The notes: generated by a model from the sequence alone, not told the origin. A DNA stretch of 64,000 bases from Candidatus Brocadiia bacterium (GCA_050015075.1 JBEKCB010000011.1:32001-96000); one strand, 5' to 3'; positions 18,174 to 28,298 are shown, numbered from the stretch's first letter. A program made the numbers and translations.

Positions 18174-18495
18174 GATGGCGCTGGTCGGCCGGCTGATCGG
18201 ACATGTCGTGGCTCGGTTCGCTTTGAGCATTTGCTGCCTGATGCGCGCGTTCTGGACCGGGACTATCGGACCCAGGCTGTTCGGCGTGCGGCGTTTCGAC
18301 TCGTCTGCGCCGCGGACGGCCGGGCCGGCTTTGCAGCCACAGGCTGAAATCCTGGTTTACTTGCCGAACGCGTAAGCTCGGGGATTCCGCGCTCGCCTCG
18401 CACACCTCAAACCTCTTCTCTCGGGTTATCCCGTCTCCGCGCAGCCCCTGCGCCTCCGCCCTGAACAGCACACTTGAGAAAGGCGGGAGGATTCG

Positions 18496-20088
18496 ATGTT
18501 GAATCTTGCGCAAGTGGTGCAGGCGACGGGCTTCTGGACGAGCGACAAGGTCCTGCTCCTGACGGGGCTGTGCGGCCTCCTCGCGGGCGGCATGGGGATT
18601 TATGCCATCAGTTGGCTCCGGGCCAGCGGCGCGGTCGTCCGCGCCCGCAAGGTCATTGCCGACGCCTCCGAGCAGGCCGAGCGCGTGAAGAAAGACGCCG
18701 AGGTCGCCGCGAAGGAGGAGTACATCAAGCGCCACGAGGCGCTCGAGTCGGAGGGAAACGCGCAGCGCGGGGAATTGCGCGAGACGGAGAAGCGCCTGAC
18801 CAAACGCGAAGACGGCCTTGAACACAAGCTCGACCTGCTGAACAAGAAGGAAAATTACGTCGAGACCCTCGAGCGGAGCGTGGCGGCCAAGCGCAAAGAG
18901 CTCAACGCCGAACAGGCCGAGCTCGAGCACTTGATGGAGCAGGAGAAGATCACGCTGCACAAGCTCTCCGAGCTCACGCGCGAAGAGGCGCAACAGCTCC
19001 TGATGCGCCGGCTCGAGGACGAGCTGCAGAAGGAATGCGCGGAGCTGGTGGCGCGCCGCATGGCCGAGGCGAAGGAGAACGTCGAGCGCGAGGCGCGCAA
19101 AATCCTGGGCATCGCCATCCAGCGCTACGCCGCCGACCACTGCGTCGAGAGCGTCGTGGCCGCCGTTGAACTTCCCAGCGACGACATGAAGGGCCGCATT
19201 ATCGGCCGCGAAGGCCGCAACATCCGCGCCTTCGAGAAAGCCACCGGCATGGACGTGGTCGTGGACGACACGCCCGGCGTGGTCGTCATCAGCGGCTTCG
19301 ACGGCGTCCGCCGCGAGATGGCCCGCCGCTCGATGGAAAAGCTCGTCCGCGACGGCCGCATCCATCCCGCTCGCATCGAGGAGGTCGTCGAGCAGTCCAA
19401 GAAGGAGATGGAGCAGGTCATCATGGACACCGGCAAGGAAGCCGCGTTCGACGTGGGCCTGCACAACCTCCACCCGCTCGAACTCGAATGCCTCGGCCGC
19501 CTGAAATTCCGCACCAGCTACGGGCAGAACCAACTTCAGCATTCGATGGAGGTCGCGCACCTGGCCGGCACGATGGCCGCCGAACTCGGCCTCGACATTC
19601 AGCTCGCCAAGCGCTGCGGCCTGCTCCATGACATCGGCAAATCCGTGGACCAGGAAGTCGAAGGCTCGCACCCGCAGCTCGGCGCCGACATCGCCCGCAA
19701 ATGCGGCGAGCCGACCGAGGTCGTCGAGTCCATCGCCGCCCATCACGACGACATCACCGCCGCGAACATCTTTGTGGTGTTGGTGAGCGCGGCGGACGCC
19801 ATTTCCGCGGCGCGTCCTGGCGCGCGGCGCGAGACGCTGGAGAAGTACGTCAAGCGCCTGCAGCGGCTCGAGGAGATCGCCGGCGCCTTCCCGGGAGTCG
19901 AGGTCGCCTACGCCATCCGCGCCGGCCGCGAGGTGCGCGTGATCGTCACCGCCGACCGCGTGGATGAGAAGATGTCCGCCAAGATGTGCCGCGACATCGC
20001 CAAGGAGATCGAGGCGGAAATGACGTATCCGGGCGAGGTCAAGGTGACATTGATCCGCGAGAGCCGGTTCGTCGAAGTGGCCCATTAA
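18496..20088 (+). CDS. rny: Ribonuclease Y
   Basis: N-terminal TM plus coiled coil; KH motif [14 protein letters not shown]; RTSYGQN.L.HS.EVA; HD motif LLHDIGK; [14 protein letters not shown]. Confidence 0.97.
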   Translation: MLNLAQVVQATGFWTSDKVLLLTGLCGLLAGGMGIYAISWLRASGAVVRARKVIADASEQAERVKKDAEVAAKEEYIKRHEALESEGNAQRGELRETEKRLTKREDGLEHKLDLLNKKENYVETLERSVAAKRKELNAEQAELEHLMEQEKITLHKLSELTREEAQQLLMRRLEDELQKECAELVARRMAEAKENVEREARKILGIAIQRYAADHCVESVVAAVELPSDDMKGRIIGREGRNIRAFEKATGMDVVVDDTPGVVVISGFDGVRREMARRSMEKLVRDGRIHPARIEEVVEQSKKEMEQVIMDTGKEAAFDVGLHNLHPLELECLGRLKFRTSYGQNQLQHSMEVAHLAGTMAAELGLDIQLAKRCGLLHDIGKSVDQEVEGSHPQLGADIARKCGEPTEVVESIAAHHDDITAANIFVVLVSAADAISAARPGARRETLEKYVKRLQRLEEIAGAFPGVEVAYAIRAGREVRVIVTADRVDEKMSAKMCRDIAKEIEAEMTYPGEVKVTLIRESRFVEVAH

Positions 20089-20100
20089 TGTCGTTAATGG

Positions 20101-20250
20101 ACCACCAAGACACCTAGGCACCAAGGACGACGACTGATATTGCAACCACGGAACACACTGAAGACACTGAAGCCGTTTAGGAAAGTCATTCGGTGTGCTC
20201 CGTGTATTCCGTGGTGGGAGCCGTTGTCTTTTTGTGCCTTCTGGTGGTGA
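20101..20250. repeat. Two nested nonamer-built hairpins between convergent rny and dnaJ
   Basis: Outer accaccaagacacctaggcaccaag / tttttgtgccttctggtggt; inner accacggaacacactgaagacactgaa / ttcggtgtgctccgtgtattccgtggt. Confidence 0.75.
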
Positions 20251-20260
20251 GCAAGCCGTG

Positions 20261-21388
20261 CTATTCCGCCGGAATTCCCGCCGAGCGCGCGAACTCCCGC
20301 AGAAGCTTTTTCTGCTCCTCCGTGAGGTTCGTCGGCGTCGTGACGCGGATCGTGACGTAATGGTCGCCGGCGCGCCCGTCGGCGGTGGTCACGCCGCGGC
20401 CGCGCAGCCGCAGGGTCGTCCCCGGCTGCGTCCCCGCAGGAATGCGCAGCGCCACGTCGCCGTTGATCGTCGGCACATGCACCCGCGCGCCGAGCGCCGC
20501 CTGGACGGCGTTGATGGTCGCCCCGCCGTAGATGTCGTCTCCCTTCCGCTTGAACTGCGGATGCTCCTCGACGCGCACTTCCACCAGCAGGTCGCCGCTC
20601 GGCCCGCCGTCGCGCCCGGGCTGGCCTTGCCGCGCGAGGCGGATTTTCTGCCCGTCGCGCACGCCGCGCGGGATCTTCAGGCGGAACCGGCGCGTGGCCT
20701 GGATCTCGCCGGTCCCGTTGCACTTCGAGCAGGGCTTGGCGATCACCTCGCCGCGGCCGTAGCAACGCGGGCAGGGCCGGCTGAACGCGAACGCGCCCTG
20801 GACGGCCTGCACGTTTCCGGCGCCGTGGCATACCGGGCAGACCTGCGAGCGCGTGCCCGGCTCGCTGCCGCTGCCGCCGCAGCGGTCGCAGGAGAATACG
20901 CTCGGGATCGCGATCTCCGTCTCGCCGCCGTGCGCGGCCATTTCGAACGGCACCTGCAGCGCCACCTCGATGTCCTCGCCTTGCTGCGGCCCTCGGCGCC
21001 GGCTGCGGCCGCCGAACGGCGCCTCGCGCCGGAAGAACTGGCTGAAGATATCGCCCAGGTCGCCCGACTCGGCGCCGGAGAAGTATTCCTCGGCCTGCGG
21101 CGCGCTGCGCGGGCGGCCGCCCTGGCGGCTGCGGAATGAATCCCAGAACTCGCTCCCGGCGAACCCCTTCGCGCGCGCCTCGCCGAACTGGTCGTACTGC
21201 GCGCGCTTGTCCTTGTCGGTCAGCACGTTGTGCGCCTCGTTGATCTCCTTGAACCGCTGCTCGGCGGTCTTTGAGCCCTTGTTCCGGTCGGGGTGATATT
21301 GTTTCGCCAGGTGGCGGAAGGCCTTCTTGATCTCCTCCTCGCTCGCCGTGCGCGGGACGCCGAGAATCTCGTAGTAATCTTTTGCCAT
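20261..21388 (-). CDS. dnaJ: Chaperone DnaJ (type I)
   Basis: [12 protein letters not shown], four CxxCxGxG repeats, C-terminal domain. Confidence 0.93.
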   Translation of the reverse strand: MAKDYYEILGVPRTASEEEIKKAFRHLAKQYHPDRNKGSKTAEQRFKEINEAHNVLTDKDKRAQYDQFGEARAKGFAGSEFWDSFRSRQGGRPRSAPQAEEYFSGAESGDLGDIFSQFFRREAPFGGRSRRRGPQQGEDIEVALQVPFEMAAHGGETEIAIPSVFSCDRCGGSGSEPGTRSQVCPVCHGAGNVQAVQGAFAFSRPCPRCYGRGEVIAKPCSKCNGTGEIQATRRFRLKIPRGVRDGQKIRLARQGQPGRDGGPSGDLLVEVRVEEHPQFKRKGDDIYGGATINAVQAALGARVHVPTINGDVALRIPAGTQPGTTLRLRGRGVTTADGRAGDHYVTIRVTTPTNLTEEQKKLLREFARSAGIPAE

Positions 21389-21623
21389 AACTCGGCATTG
21401 TAAGCCATGCGCGCGGCGTCTTCAACTCACGCGCGACGGCGGTGCGATATTCGGTGCAGTCGTGGCCGGCGAGGCAATGTCATCGCCGGCCTGATAGCCA
21501 TGTGAAGGGAACGCAGAAGTCCGCCTGATTTGCGTAGGAAAGTTCTACACAGGCGGAGGTTGCGCGAATGCAGCTGTGCGCTTAACTACCGTCAGTGCAG
21601 TATGATAAGATAATCGAGCCAGA

Positions 21624-21638
21624 TGGCATATCGTTTGC
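21624..21638 (+). promoter_or_regulatory. sigma54-type -24/-12 promoter
   Basis: TGGCATATCGTTTGC (GG-N10-GC); imperfect dyad at 21531-21551 upstream. Confidence 0.55.
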
Positions 21639-21661
21639 GGTCTCCTTAAGCGCGAGTGCAT

Positions 21662-21720
21662 CGCTTGTAGTGACGCCGTCAGGCGCTAAGTCGTATGCCC
21701 TTACGGGCACACTACGAGCG
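21662..21720. repeat. GTAG-type REP doublet copy 3
   Basis: cgcttGTAGtgacgccgtcaggcgc...gcccttacgggcacaCTACgagcg. Confidence 0.85.
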
Positions 21721-21741
21721 GCACGCCACGAGCAAAAGTTA

Positions 21742-21770
21742 TTGCGTTCACACTGCCCTGGTGATACGAT
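21742..21770 (+). promoter_or_regulatory. sigma70-type promoter for the DUF4159 gene
   Basis: TTGCGT-N17-TACGAT. Confidence 0.55.
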
Positions 21771-21842
21771 GGAACGCGCGAGTGGGCATCTTCATCGGGC
21801 CGCGCTCTACGGATTCTGCGCAGAGCGCAGGAGGGAATCGTC

Positions 21843-23357
21843 ATGCTCCGTAAAATGACCGCGTTGGGGTTAGCGGTTTGCCTGTTCTACGGCGCAGTCG
21901 CCGCGGCGCAGGAGGACATTCCGAGAGGGCCGTGCGGTTCGAAGCCCGTGGCGCCGCCGCAGTTCCGCAAAGGCGGCGAAGGCGTTCCGCCGCTGCCGCT
22001 GCCGGCCACGCCGCTGCGCCGCACCGAGCGCAAGCGCCCGCCCTCACCGCCGGTCCTCATCGCCAAGATCCAGTTCGGCTCGCTGAAAGAGCTGAAAGTC
22101 TCCGACGGAATCCTGCACTATTACGACTGGAACAAGGACCCGGCCGACATCCCGAACCTGCTCAATGACGCCGCCGAGCGCGCGCTGAATGTCCATTACA
22201 CCTGGAAGTCCGGCCCGCTCAGCGCCTTCGCGACCGATCCCTCGCAGTACCCGATCTACTATTACACCGGCAGCGACGACTTCACGCTCAGCGACGCCGA
22301 CGTGGCGCGGCTGCGCGACTACGTCCGCGCCGGTGGCGTGATCTGGGGCGACACCGCGCTCGGCGACCCGGACTTCTTCAAGGCGTTCGTCCGCGAAATG
22401 AGCAAGGTCCTGCCCGACCGCAGCTTCCACCGCCTCAACGCCGACCATCCGCTGTTCAACTGCTATTACCCGATGAAGCAGGTGGTCTACACGCGGCCCG
22501 TGCCTGACGCGCCCAACGGCGAGCCGGTGTTCTACGGCGTGGACCTCGGCGCGCGGACCGCCATCATGATCTCGCGCTACGGCCTGAGCTGCGGCTGGGA
22601 CGGCCACAAGCGCGCCGGCGCGTACAACGTGGACCCGAACGACGCGCGCAAGCTCGGCGTCAACATGATCGCCTACGCCCTGGCGATGTACCCCATCTCC
22701 ATCTACCAGAGCGCCGCAAAGATTTATTACCAGGAGGACGAGCGCCCGCGCGGCGAGTTCGTCCTGGCGCAGGCGCGGATCGGCGAGAACTGGGATTCGC
22801 AGTTCAACGAGATCGCCAACCTGCTCAAGACCACCGCGATGAAGACCAGCGCCGAGATCAAGTTCGAGCGCAAAGTCGTGGACCTCGGCAAGAGCGACCT
22901 GCAGAGCTATCCGTTCCTCTACATCACCGGCGAGTACGATTTCACGCTCAACGCCGTGGAGAAGCGGGCGCTGAAGACCTACCTGGCTGCGGGCGGCTTC
23001 ATCCTGGCGAGCCCTTCGTGCGGGTCGAGGGAATTCGACCGCGCGTTCCGCCGCGAGATCGCCGACCTGTTGCCGGGCCATCCGCTGGAGCGTCTGCCGC
23101 CGGAGCATCCGGTGTATGCCATCCTGAACAAAATCAAGGGCGTCGGCTACTCCGACTACGTCGAGAAGACCGGCGAGACTCCGCCGGCGCTCCCGCTGGA
23201 AGGCGTCTCGGTCGGCGCGGCGACGCCGATCATCTACAGCCCGTACGGCATCGGCGGCGGCTGGCGCGGGTTCGACAACCCGTTCGGCCGCGACATCGCC
23301 TCCGACGACGCCACGCGGCTGGGCGTGAACATCATCCTTTACGCCATGACGCACTAG
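21843..23357 (+). CDS. Exported tandem DUF4159 protein
   Basis: Signal peptide; two units of YP.(I/L)Y.TG..DF.L.......L..Y...GG...F...F.RE....P......L...HP, each ending LGVN.I.YA. Confidence 0.8.
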   Translation: MLRKMTALGLAVCLFYGAVAAAQEDIPRGPCGSKPVAPPQFRKGGEGVPPLPLPATPLRRTERKRPPSPPVLIAKIQFGSLKELKVSDGILHYYDWNKDPADIPNLLNDAAERALNVHYTWKSGPLSAFATDPSQYPIYYYTGSDDFTLSDADVARLRDYVRAGGVIWGDTALGDPDFFKAFVREMSKVLPDRSFHRLNADHPLFNCYYPMKQVVYTRPVPDAPNGEPVFYGVDLGARTAIMISRYGLSCGWDGHKRAGAYNVDPNDARKLGVNMIAYALAMYPISIYQSAAKIYYQEDERPRGEFVLAQARIGENWDSQFNEIANLLKTTAMKTSAEIKFERKVVDLGKSDLQSYPFLYITGEYDFTLNAVEKRALKTYLAAGGFILASPSCGSREFDRAFRREIADLLPGHPLERLPPEHPVYAILNKIKGVGYSDYVEKTGETPPALPLEGVSVGAATPIIYSPYGIGGGWRGFDNPFGRDIASDDATRLGVNIILYAMTH

Positions 23358-23395
23358 GCGGCGTATTATTGACGTTTGCATAAAGAAAGGAATGC

Positions 23396-23474
23396 TCTCG
23401 CCAAGACGCCAAGAGCGCCAAGAACGAAAAAACCTGATGCTGTTGTCCTTTGCGCTCTTTGCGTCTTGGCGAGA
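23396..23474. repeat. Nonamer-built hairpin (CGCCAAGA units)
   Basis: tctcgccaagacgccaagagcgccaaga ... ctttgcgctctttgcgtcttggcgaga. Confidence 0.8.
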
Positions 23475-23554
23475 GACCTTTCCTTTTCTTACGCAAAGAT
23501 CAATAGCCGCCGGCGGCGGTTGAAAAGCCCAATATATAAGGGTTTATCTGTAAT

Positions 23555-23570
23555 TGTTTCACGTGGAACA
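23555..23570. promoter_or_regulatory. parS: parS centromere-like site
   Basis: TGTTTCACGTGGAACA matches the widespread 16-bp ParB-binding palindrome. Confidence 0.85.
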
Positions 23571-23804
23571 TAATGGTATTTCTGATAGGCTTTGGCGCGC
23601 CATGCCGCCGTCATGCCGCCACATCGGGCCGCAATGAGGCCGGAGCGTCTGCGCATTGTCCGTAGGTCGGCGGCCATTGATGAAGCGACGGGCCTGCAGC
23701 GTCCTGAACAAGATCAAGGCGGTCAGGCGTCTCCATCGGCTCGGCGGCGCGACCCCGGTCGACGTGAACATTTTTACGCGATGACGCGTTAACAAAAATG
23801 CCGA

Positions 23805-23834
23805 CTTGACCGCCCGAGCCTCGGCGAAGGCAGA
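23805..23834. repeat. 30-bp palindromic element (reverse orientation) inserted in a TGCCGA heptamer repeat
   Basis: aatgccga|cttgaccgcccgagcctcggcgaaggcaga|ttgccga. Confidence 0.7.
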
Positions 23835-23886
23835 TTGCCGATAACTAATTCCTGGTGTCTAGTCCCATGTTCAGCGAGGTATCCCT

Positions 23887-24993
23887 GTGGAAAATGAAGA
23901 GGTAGTTGAGCCTCATCTGCGCGCCGAAGCTCCGGCGCGCGCGGAGCCGCTGGTGGAGGACGAGGAGAAACTCATCGCGCGGCTGGGCGAGGTGCGCGCG
24001 AAACTGCTCAAGGAGGTCCGCCGCGTCATCGTCGGACAGGACGAGGTGCTCGAACAGCTCCTCATCGCCATGTTCTGCCGCGCGCACACGCTCGTCGTCG
24101 GCGTGCCGGGGCTGGCGAAGACGCTGATCGTGCGCACGCTCGCGCGGACGATGAACCTGGACTTCAAGCGCATCCAGTTCACGCCCGACCTGATGCCCAG
24201 CGACATCACCGGCACGGAGATTCTCCAGATTGACCCCGAGACGCAGCAGCGCGATTTCAAGTTCATCCCGGGCCCGGTCTTCACGAATATCCTGCTCGCC
24301 GACGAGATCAACCGCACGCCGCCGAAGACGCAGGCGGCGCTGCTCGAGTGCATGCAGGAGTACCGCGTCACCTCCGCCCGGCGCACCTACAATATCAAGC
24401 CGCCGTTCTTCGTGCTCGCCACGCAGAACCCGATCGAGCAGGAAGGGACGTACCCGCTGCCCGAGGCGCAGCTCGACCGGTTCATGCTGAACATCATCAT
24501 CCAGTACCCGTCGCGCGAGGAGGAGATCGAGATCATGCGGCGGACGACGACGGAGGAGACGGCGGAGGCGCGGCTGGTGATGGACGCCGCGGAGATCCTG
24601 CAGGTCCAGCAGATCGTCCGGCGCGTGCCGGTGAGCGACCACGTGCTGGAGTACGTCGCCGACCTCGCGCGCGGGTCGCGGCCGAACTCGGAGAACACAT
24701 TCCAGTTCATCCGCGACTGGGTCGAGTGGGGCGCCGGTCCGCGGGCGGCGCAGTACCTGGTGCTCGGCGCCAAGGCGCGCGCGGTGATCGCCGGGCGGTT
24801 CAACGTCTCCTGCGCCGACGTGCGCGCGGTGGCCCTGCCCGTGCTGCGGCACCGCATCATCACCAATTTCAACGCCGACAGCCAGGGCGTGAGCGTGGAC
24901 GACGTGGTCGCCAAGCTCCTCCAGAGCGTGCCGGAGCCGTCGGAAGCGTCGTACGCCAAGAAAAGCGCCCTTCGGCCGGAGAAGCGGCGATAG
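23887..24993 (+). CDS. MoxR family AAA+ ATPase
   Basis: GVPGLAKT, RIQFTPDLMPSD, LLADEINRTPPKTQAALLE, ATQNPIEQEGTYPLPEAQLDRF. Confidence 0.96.
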   Translation: MENEEVVEPHLRAEAPARAEPLVEDEEKLIARLGEVRAKLLKEVRRVIVGQDEVLEQLLIAMFCRAHTLVVGVPGLAKTLIVRTLARTMNLDFKRIQFTPDLMPSDITGTEILQIDPETQQRDFKFIPGPVFTNILLADEINRTPPKTQAALLECMQEYRVTSARRTYNIKPPFFVLATQNPIEQEGTYPLPEAQLDRFMLNIIIQYPSREEEIEIMRRTTTEETAEARLVMDAAEILQVQQIVRRVPVSDHVLEYVADLARGSRPNSENTFQFIRDWVEWGAGPRAAQYLVLGAKARAVIAGRFNVSCADVRAVALPVLRHRIITNFNADSQGVSVDDVVAKLLQSVPEPSEASYAKKSALRPEKRR

Positions 24994-24995
24994 CA

Positions 24996-25111
24996 ATCGT
25001 CCTCGTCGTCGTCCTCGCCCTCGTCCTCGAATTCCGTACGGAACGACCGAGGACGAGGACGAGGACGAAAACTAATTCGAGGACGAGGACGACGACGAGG
25101 ACGAGGACGAT
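24996..25111. repeat. GAGGAC/GACGAC hexamer-built hairpin
   Basis: tcgtcctcgtcgtcgtcctcg ... cgaggacgaggacgacgacgaggacga; family copies at 39158-39232 and 59438-59523. Confidence 0.85.
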
Positions 25112-25123
25112 AAAAGACGAACG

Positions 25124-26023
25124 ATGCCCAAAGCCTTTCATAGCACATATTACGATCCCGCCCGCCTGGCCAAGCTCGGCAATCTGCAACTGCTGGCGCG
25201 GACGGTGGTCGAGGGGTACATCAGCGGGCTGCACCGCAGCCCGTTCAAGGGGTTCAGCGCCGAGTTCGCCTCGTACCGCGAATACCTGCCCGGCGACGAC
25301 CTGAAGCACTTCGACTGGAAAGTCTTCGCGCGCTCGGACCGGAAGTACGTGCGGGAGTACGAGGAAGAGACGAACATGACCTGCACGGTGGTCCTCGACG
25401 CGAGCGGCTCGATGTCATATCACTCCGACGGGATCAGCAAGCTGGCGTACGGCTGCTACCTGGCCGCGGCGCTGACGTACCTGATGGTGCAGCAGCGCGA
25501 CCAGGTGGGGCTGCTGATCTTCGACGAGGCGGTCCGCGAGCGCATCCCGCCGCGCAGCAGCCCGGCGCACATGAAATACATCCTCGACCGCCTCGAGAGC
25601 GTCGCGCCGAAGGGCCGCACCGGCCTGGCGCAGTGCCTTCACCCGGTCGTCGAGAGCCTCAAGCGGCGCGGGCTGGTGGTGATCATCAGCGACCTGATGG
25701 ACGAGCCGGACGCGGTGATGAACCTGTTCCAGCACTTCCGCCACGAGCGCCATGAGATCATCGTCTTCCACGTGCTCGACAACGCCGAGATCGAGTTCCC
25801 GTTCCAGGGGCTGATCGAGTTCCGCGACCTGGAGACGCGCGAGAAGATGCAGCTTCGCGCCGAGGTGATCCGCGAGGCCTATCGCCAGAAGTTCGACGAG
25901 TTCGTGGAGCGCTATCGCCGGGAATGCATGAAGGCGAAGATTGACTACCAGCTCGTGAACACGCAGACGCCGTTCGAGCTGATGCTCGCCGCCTATCTGC
26001 GAAAACGGGAGACGCGCGGCTGA
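25124..26023 (+). CDS. DUF58 (VWA-like) protein
   Basis: GLHRSPFKGFSAEF..YREY.PGDD...DWK..AR, LDASGSM, ISDL. Confidence 0.93.
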   Translation: MPKAFHSTYYDPARLAKLGNLQLLARTVVEGYISGLHRSPFKGFSAEFASYREYLPGDDLKHFDWKVFARSDRKYVREYEEETNMTCTVVLDASGSMSYHSDGISKLAYGCYLAAALTYLMVQQRDQVGLLIFDEAVRERIPPRSSPAHMKYILDRLESVAPKGRTGLAQCLHPVVESLKRRGLVVIISDLMDEPDAVMNLFQHFRHERHEIIVFHVLDNAEIEFPFQGLIEFRDLETREKMQLRAEVIREAYRQKFDEFVERYRRECMKAKIDYQLVNTQTPFELMLAAYLRKRETRG

Positions 26024-26034
26024 TGGATAACGGA

Positions 26035-26137
26035 TTCAACGTCGAACATTCAACGTCCAACATCGAACGTCCAAGTGCTCATGATCGCGCCAGCGCGCAC
26101 TTGGACGTTGAGCGTTCGACGTTGAGCGTTCGATGTT
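26035..26137. repeat. AACGTCC/AACATTC heptamer-built hairpin
   Basis: ttcaacgtcgaacattcaacgtccaacatcgaacgtccaag ... cttggacgttgagcgttcgacgttgagcgttcgatgtt. Confidence 0.85.
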
Positions 26138-26162
26138 CGTCCGTTCTGAGAGCTGGTGCAGA

Positions 26163-28298
26163 ATGATCCATCTCCTCTGGCTCTCGCTGGCGATCCCGAT
26201 CATCATCCACCTGGTGCATCGGCGGAAGGCGAAGCCGATGCCGTTCAGCACGCTGCGCTTTTTGCAGATGGTGGACCAGCGCGTGGCGCGGCGGCAGCGG
26301 CTGCGGGAACTGCTGCTGCTGGCGTTGCGCATGCTGCTGCTGGCCGCGCTGATCGGCGCGCTCGAGCGTCCGATGCTCCACTCCGGCGGCTTCAAGGGAA
26401 CCGGCCTCCCGACCACCGTGGCGATCCTCCTCGACGACACCGCCTCGATGCAGGCGGTGAAGCAGGGCTCCAGCGCGTTCGCGCGCGCCCGCGACGGCGC
26501 GCTCCAGGTGCTCGACGGCCTGAAGAACGAGGATTCCGCCGTGGTGACGCTCGCGACTTCCGCCGGCGACCCGCCCGAGCCGCCCACCACCGCGCTGCCC
26601 GAACTGCGCGCCAAGCTCTCGCGGATGGAATGCGGCTACGGCACCGCGGAGCTGAGCGCGCCGCTGCGCCGCGCCATCGCCAGCCTCCAGCTCAGCTCGA
26701 ACCCGGTCAAGGAAATCTACATCCTCACCGACATGCAGAAGAACGCGTGGACGGAGGCGCTCAAGGACGCCGCCGCGCAGGCGCCGAAGGGCGTGCCGGT
26801 GTTCGTCGTGGACGTGGGCGCTGACGTGTCGGAGAACCTGGCGGTCAAGGACGTGGACTTCGGCATCAAGGCGAACGTCGTCGGCGCGCCCGCGACCTGC
26901 TGGTGCCGCGTCGAGAACGCCGGCTCGCAACGGATGGAGCGCAAGGTCTCGCTCTTCCTCGAGGGGCAGAAGATCGCCGAGCAGCCCGCGGCGGTGAACG
27001 CCGGCGGCACGCAGACGCTGACCTTCCGCCACGTCTTCGACCGGATGGGCGACTTCAGCGGCTATGTCGAGGTCGAGCCCGACGAACTGCCCGCGGACAA
27101 CCGGCGCTGGTTCACCGTGCAGGTCGTCGAGAAACTCCCGGTGCTGGTCATTGACGGCGCGCCGTCGGTCATCGCGTATCGCGACGGCGCGTTTTTTCTC
27201 CGGCTGGCGCTGGAGGGAAGCGCGGTGGCGGGGAAGAAGCTTTCGCCGATCGAGACGCGCGTCGTGTCGGAAGCGGAGGCGGCGTCGCAGCGCTTCGAGG
27301 ACTATCGCTGCATCATCCTCGCCGACGTGCCGCGCGTCGAGGAGCGGCTGGCCGACCGGCTGAAGGACTACGTCAAGGCCGGCGGCGGGCTGCTGATCTT
27401 CTGCGGCGAGAAGGTGGACGCGGCGGCGTTCAACGTGGCGCTCGGGACGCCGGACCTCGCCGGCGCCGGCGTCCTTCTCCCGGCGCCGCTCGGCCCGGTG
27501 ATGACCGCCTCGGAGAAGGAGCATCCCTTCTTCCAGGTCCAGCGCACCGACACGAGCCACCCGATCTTCCGCGACATCAGCGCGGAGACTGACCTGGGCA
27601 CCGCGCGGGTCAGGAGTTTCCTCTCGACCGAGGTCCCGAAAGGCAGCGGCGCCGCGGTGATCGTGGAGATGAACGGCGGTCCGCTCCTGCTCGAGCGCAA
27701 GTTCGGCGCGGGCGCCGTGGTCCTCTGCACGAGTTCGTGCACGCCCGCGTGGAACAACCTTCCGCTGAAGCCGTACTTCGTGCCGATCCTCCACCAGATC
27801 GTCTATTACCTCAGCCGCACCGGCGGCGACGCCGAACGCAGCACGCCGGCCGGGACGCCGTACCTGCTGAAGCTGCCGAACACGCCCGCGCCGGTGACGG
27901 TGGAGTTCTCGCTGCCGGCGAAGGACGCGAAAGAGAAGGCCGATTCGACCCGCGAGGTGAAGAGCGCGCAGACGGCCGGCGAGAACCGCGCGGCGCTCCG
28001 CGACACCGCCCGCCCCGGCATTTACAGCGCGGAATTCAACATCACCGGCGCCGCGCAGCGGCAGCTCTTCGCGGTCAACACACCGTCCGAGGAAACCGAG
28101 CTGGCGCGGCTGCCGCTCGAAAAGGCGCGCGACTACCTCGACCGCGGAAACGTCGTCCTCGTCCCCGGCGCCGAGGCGATCGCGCCCGCCGTCCGGATCG
28201 AGCGAAACGGCGTGCCGCTCTGGGATTACCTGCTGCTGGCGACGATCGTTCTGGCGGTGTGCGAGTGTTTCGTTGGGAACGTGGTGCTCAAACGGTGA
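26163..28298 (+). CDS. BatA-domain / VWA membrane protein
   Basis: AIPIIIHL..RR.....FSTLRFL...LLLALR BatA motif; DDTASM MIDAS-like; LTDMQ; GGGLLIF; C-terminal LW..LL TM. Confidence 0.88.
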   Translation: MIHLLWLSLAIPIIIHLVHRRKAKPMPFSTLRFLQMVDQRVARRQRLRELLLLALRMLLLAALIGALERPMLHSGGFKGTGLPTTVAILLDDTASMQAVKQGSSAFARARDGALQVLDGLKNEDSAVVTLATSAGDPPEPPTTALPELRAKLSRMECGYGTAELSAPLRRAIASLQLSSNPVKEIYILTDMQKNAWTEALKDAAAQAPKGVPVFVVDVGADVSENLAVKDVDFGIKANVVGAPATCWCRVENAGSQRMERKVSLFLEGQKIAEQPAAVNAGGTQTLTFRHVFDRMGDFSGYVEVEPDELPADNRRWFTVQVVEKLPVLVIDGAPSVIAYRDGAFFLRLALEGSAVAGKKLSPIETRVVSEAEAASQRFEDYRCIILADVPRVEERLADRLKDYVKAGGGLLIFCGEKVDAAAFNVALGTPDLAGAGVLLPAPLGPVMTASEKEHPFFQVQRTDTSHPIFRDISAETDLGTARVRSFLSTEVPKGSGAAVIVEMNGGPLLLERKFGAGAVVLCTSSCTPAWNNLPLKPYFVPILHQIVYYLSRTGGDAERSTPAGTPYLLKLPNTPAPVTVEFSLPAKDAKEKADSTREVKSAQTAGENRAALRDTARPGIYSAEFNITGAAQRQLFAVNTPSEETELARLPLEKARDYLDRGNVVLVPGAEAIAPAVRIERNGVPLWDYLLLATIVLAVCECFVGNVVLKR

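Noticed and set aside
18100-18375. 91-aa ORF upstream of rny
   Set aside because: No motif or clear RBS, atypical codon usage, and it overlaps the predicted RNA structure.
23490-23600. AT-rich patch around parS as oriC
   Set aside because: No DnaA-box cluster (TTATCCACA) seen and no dnaA/dnaN nearby.
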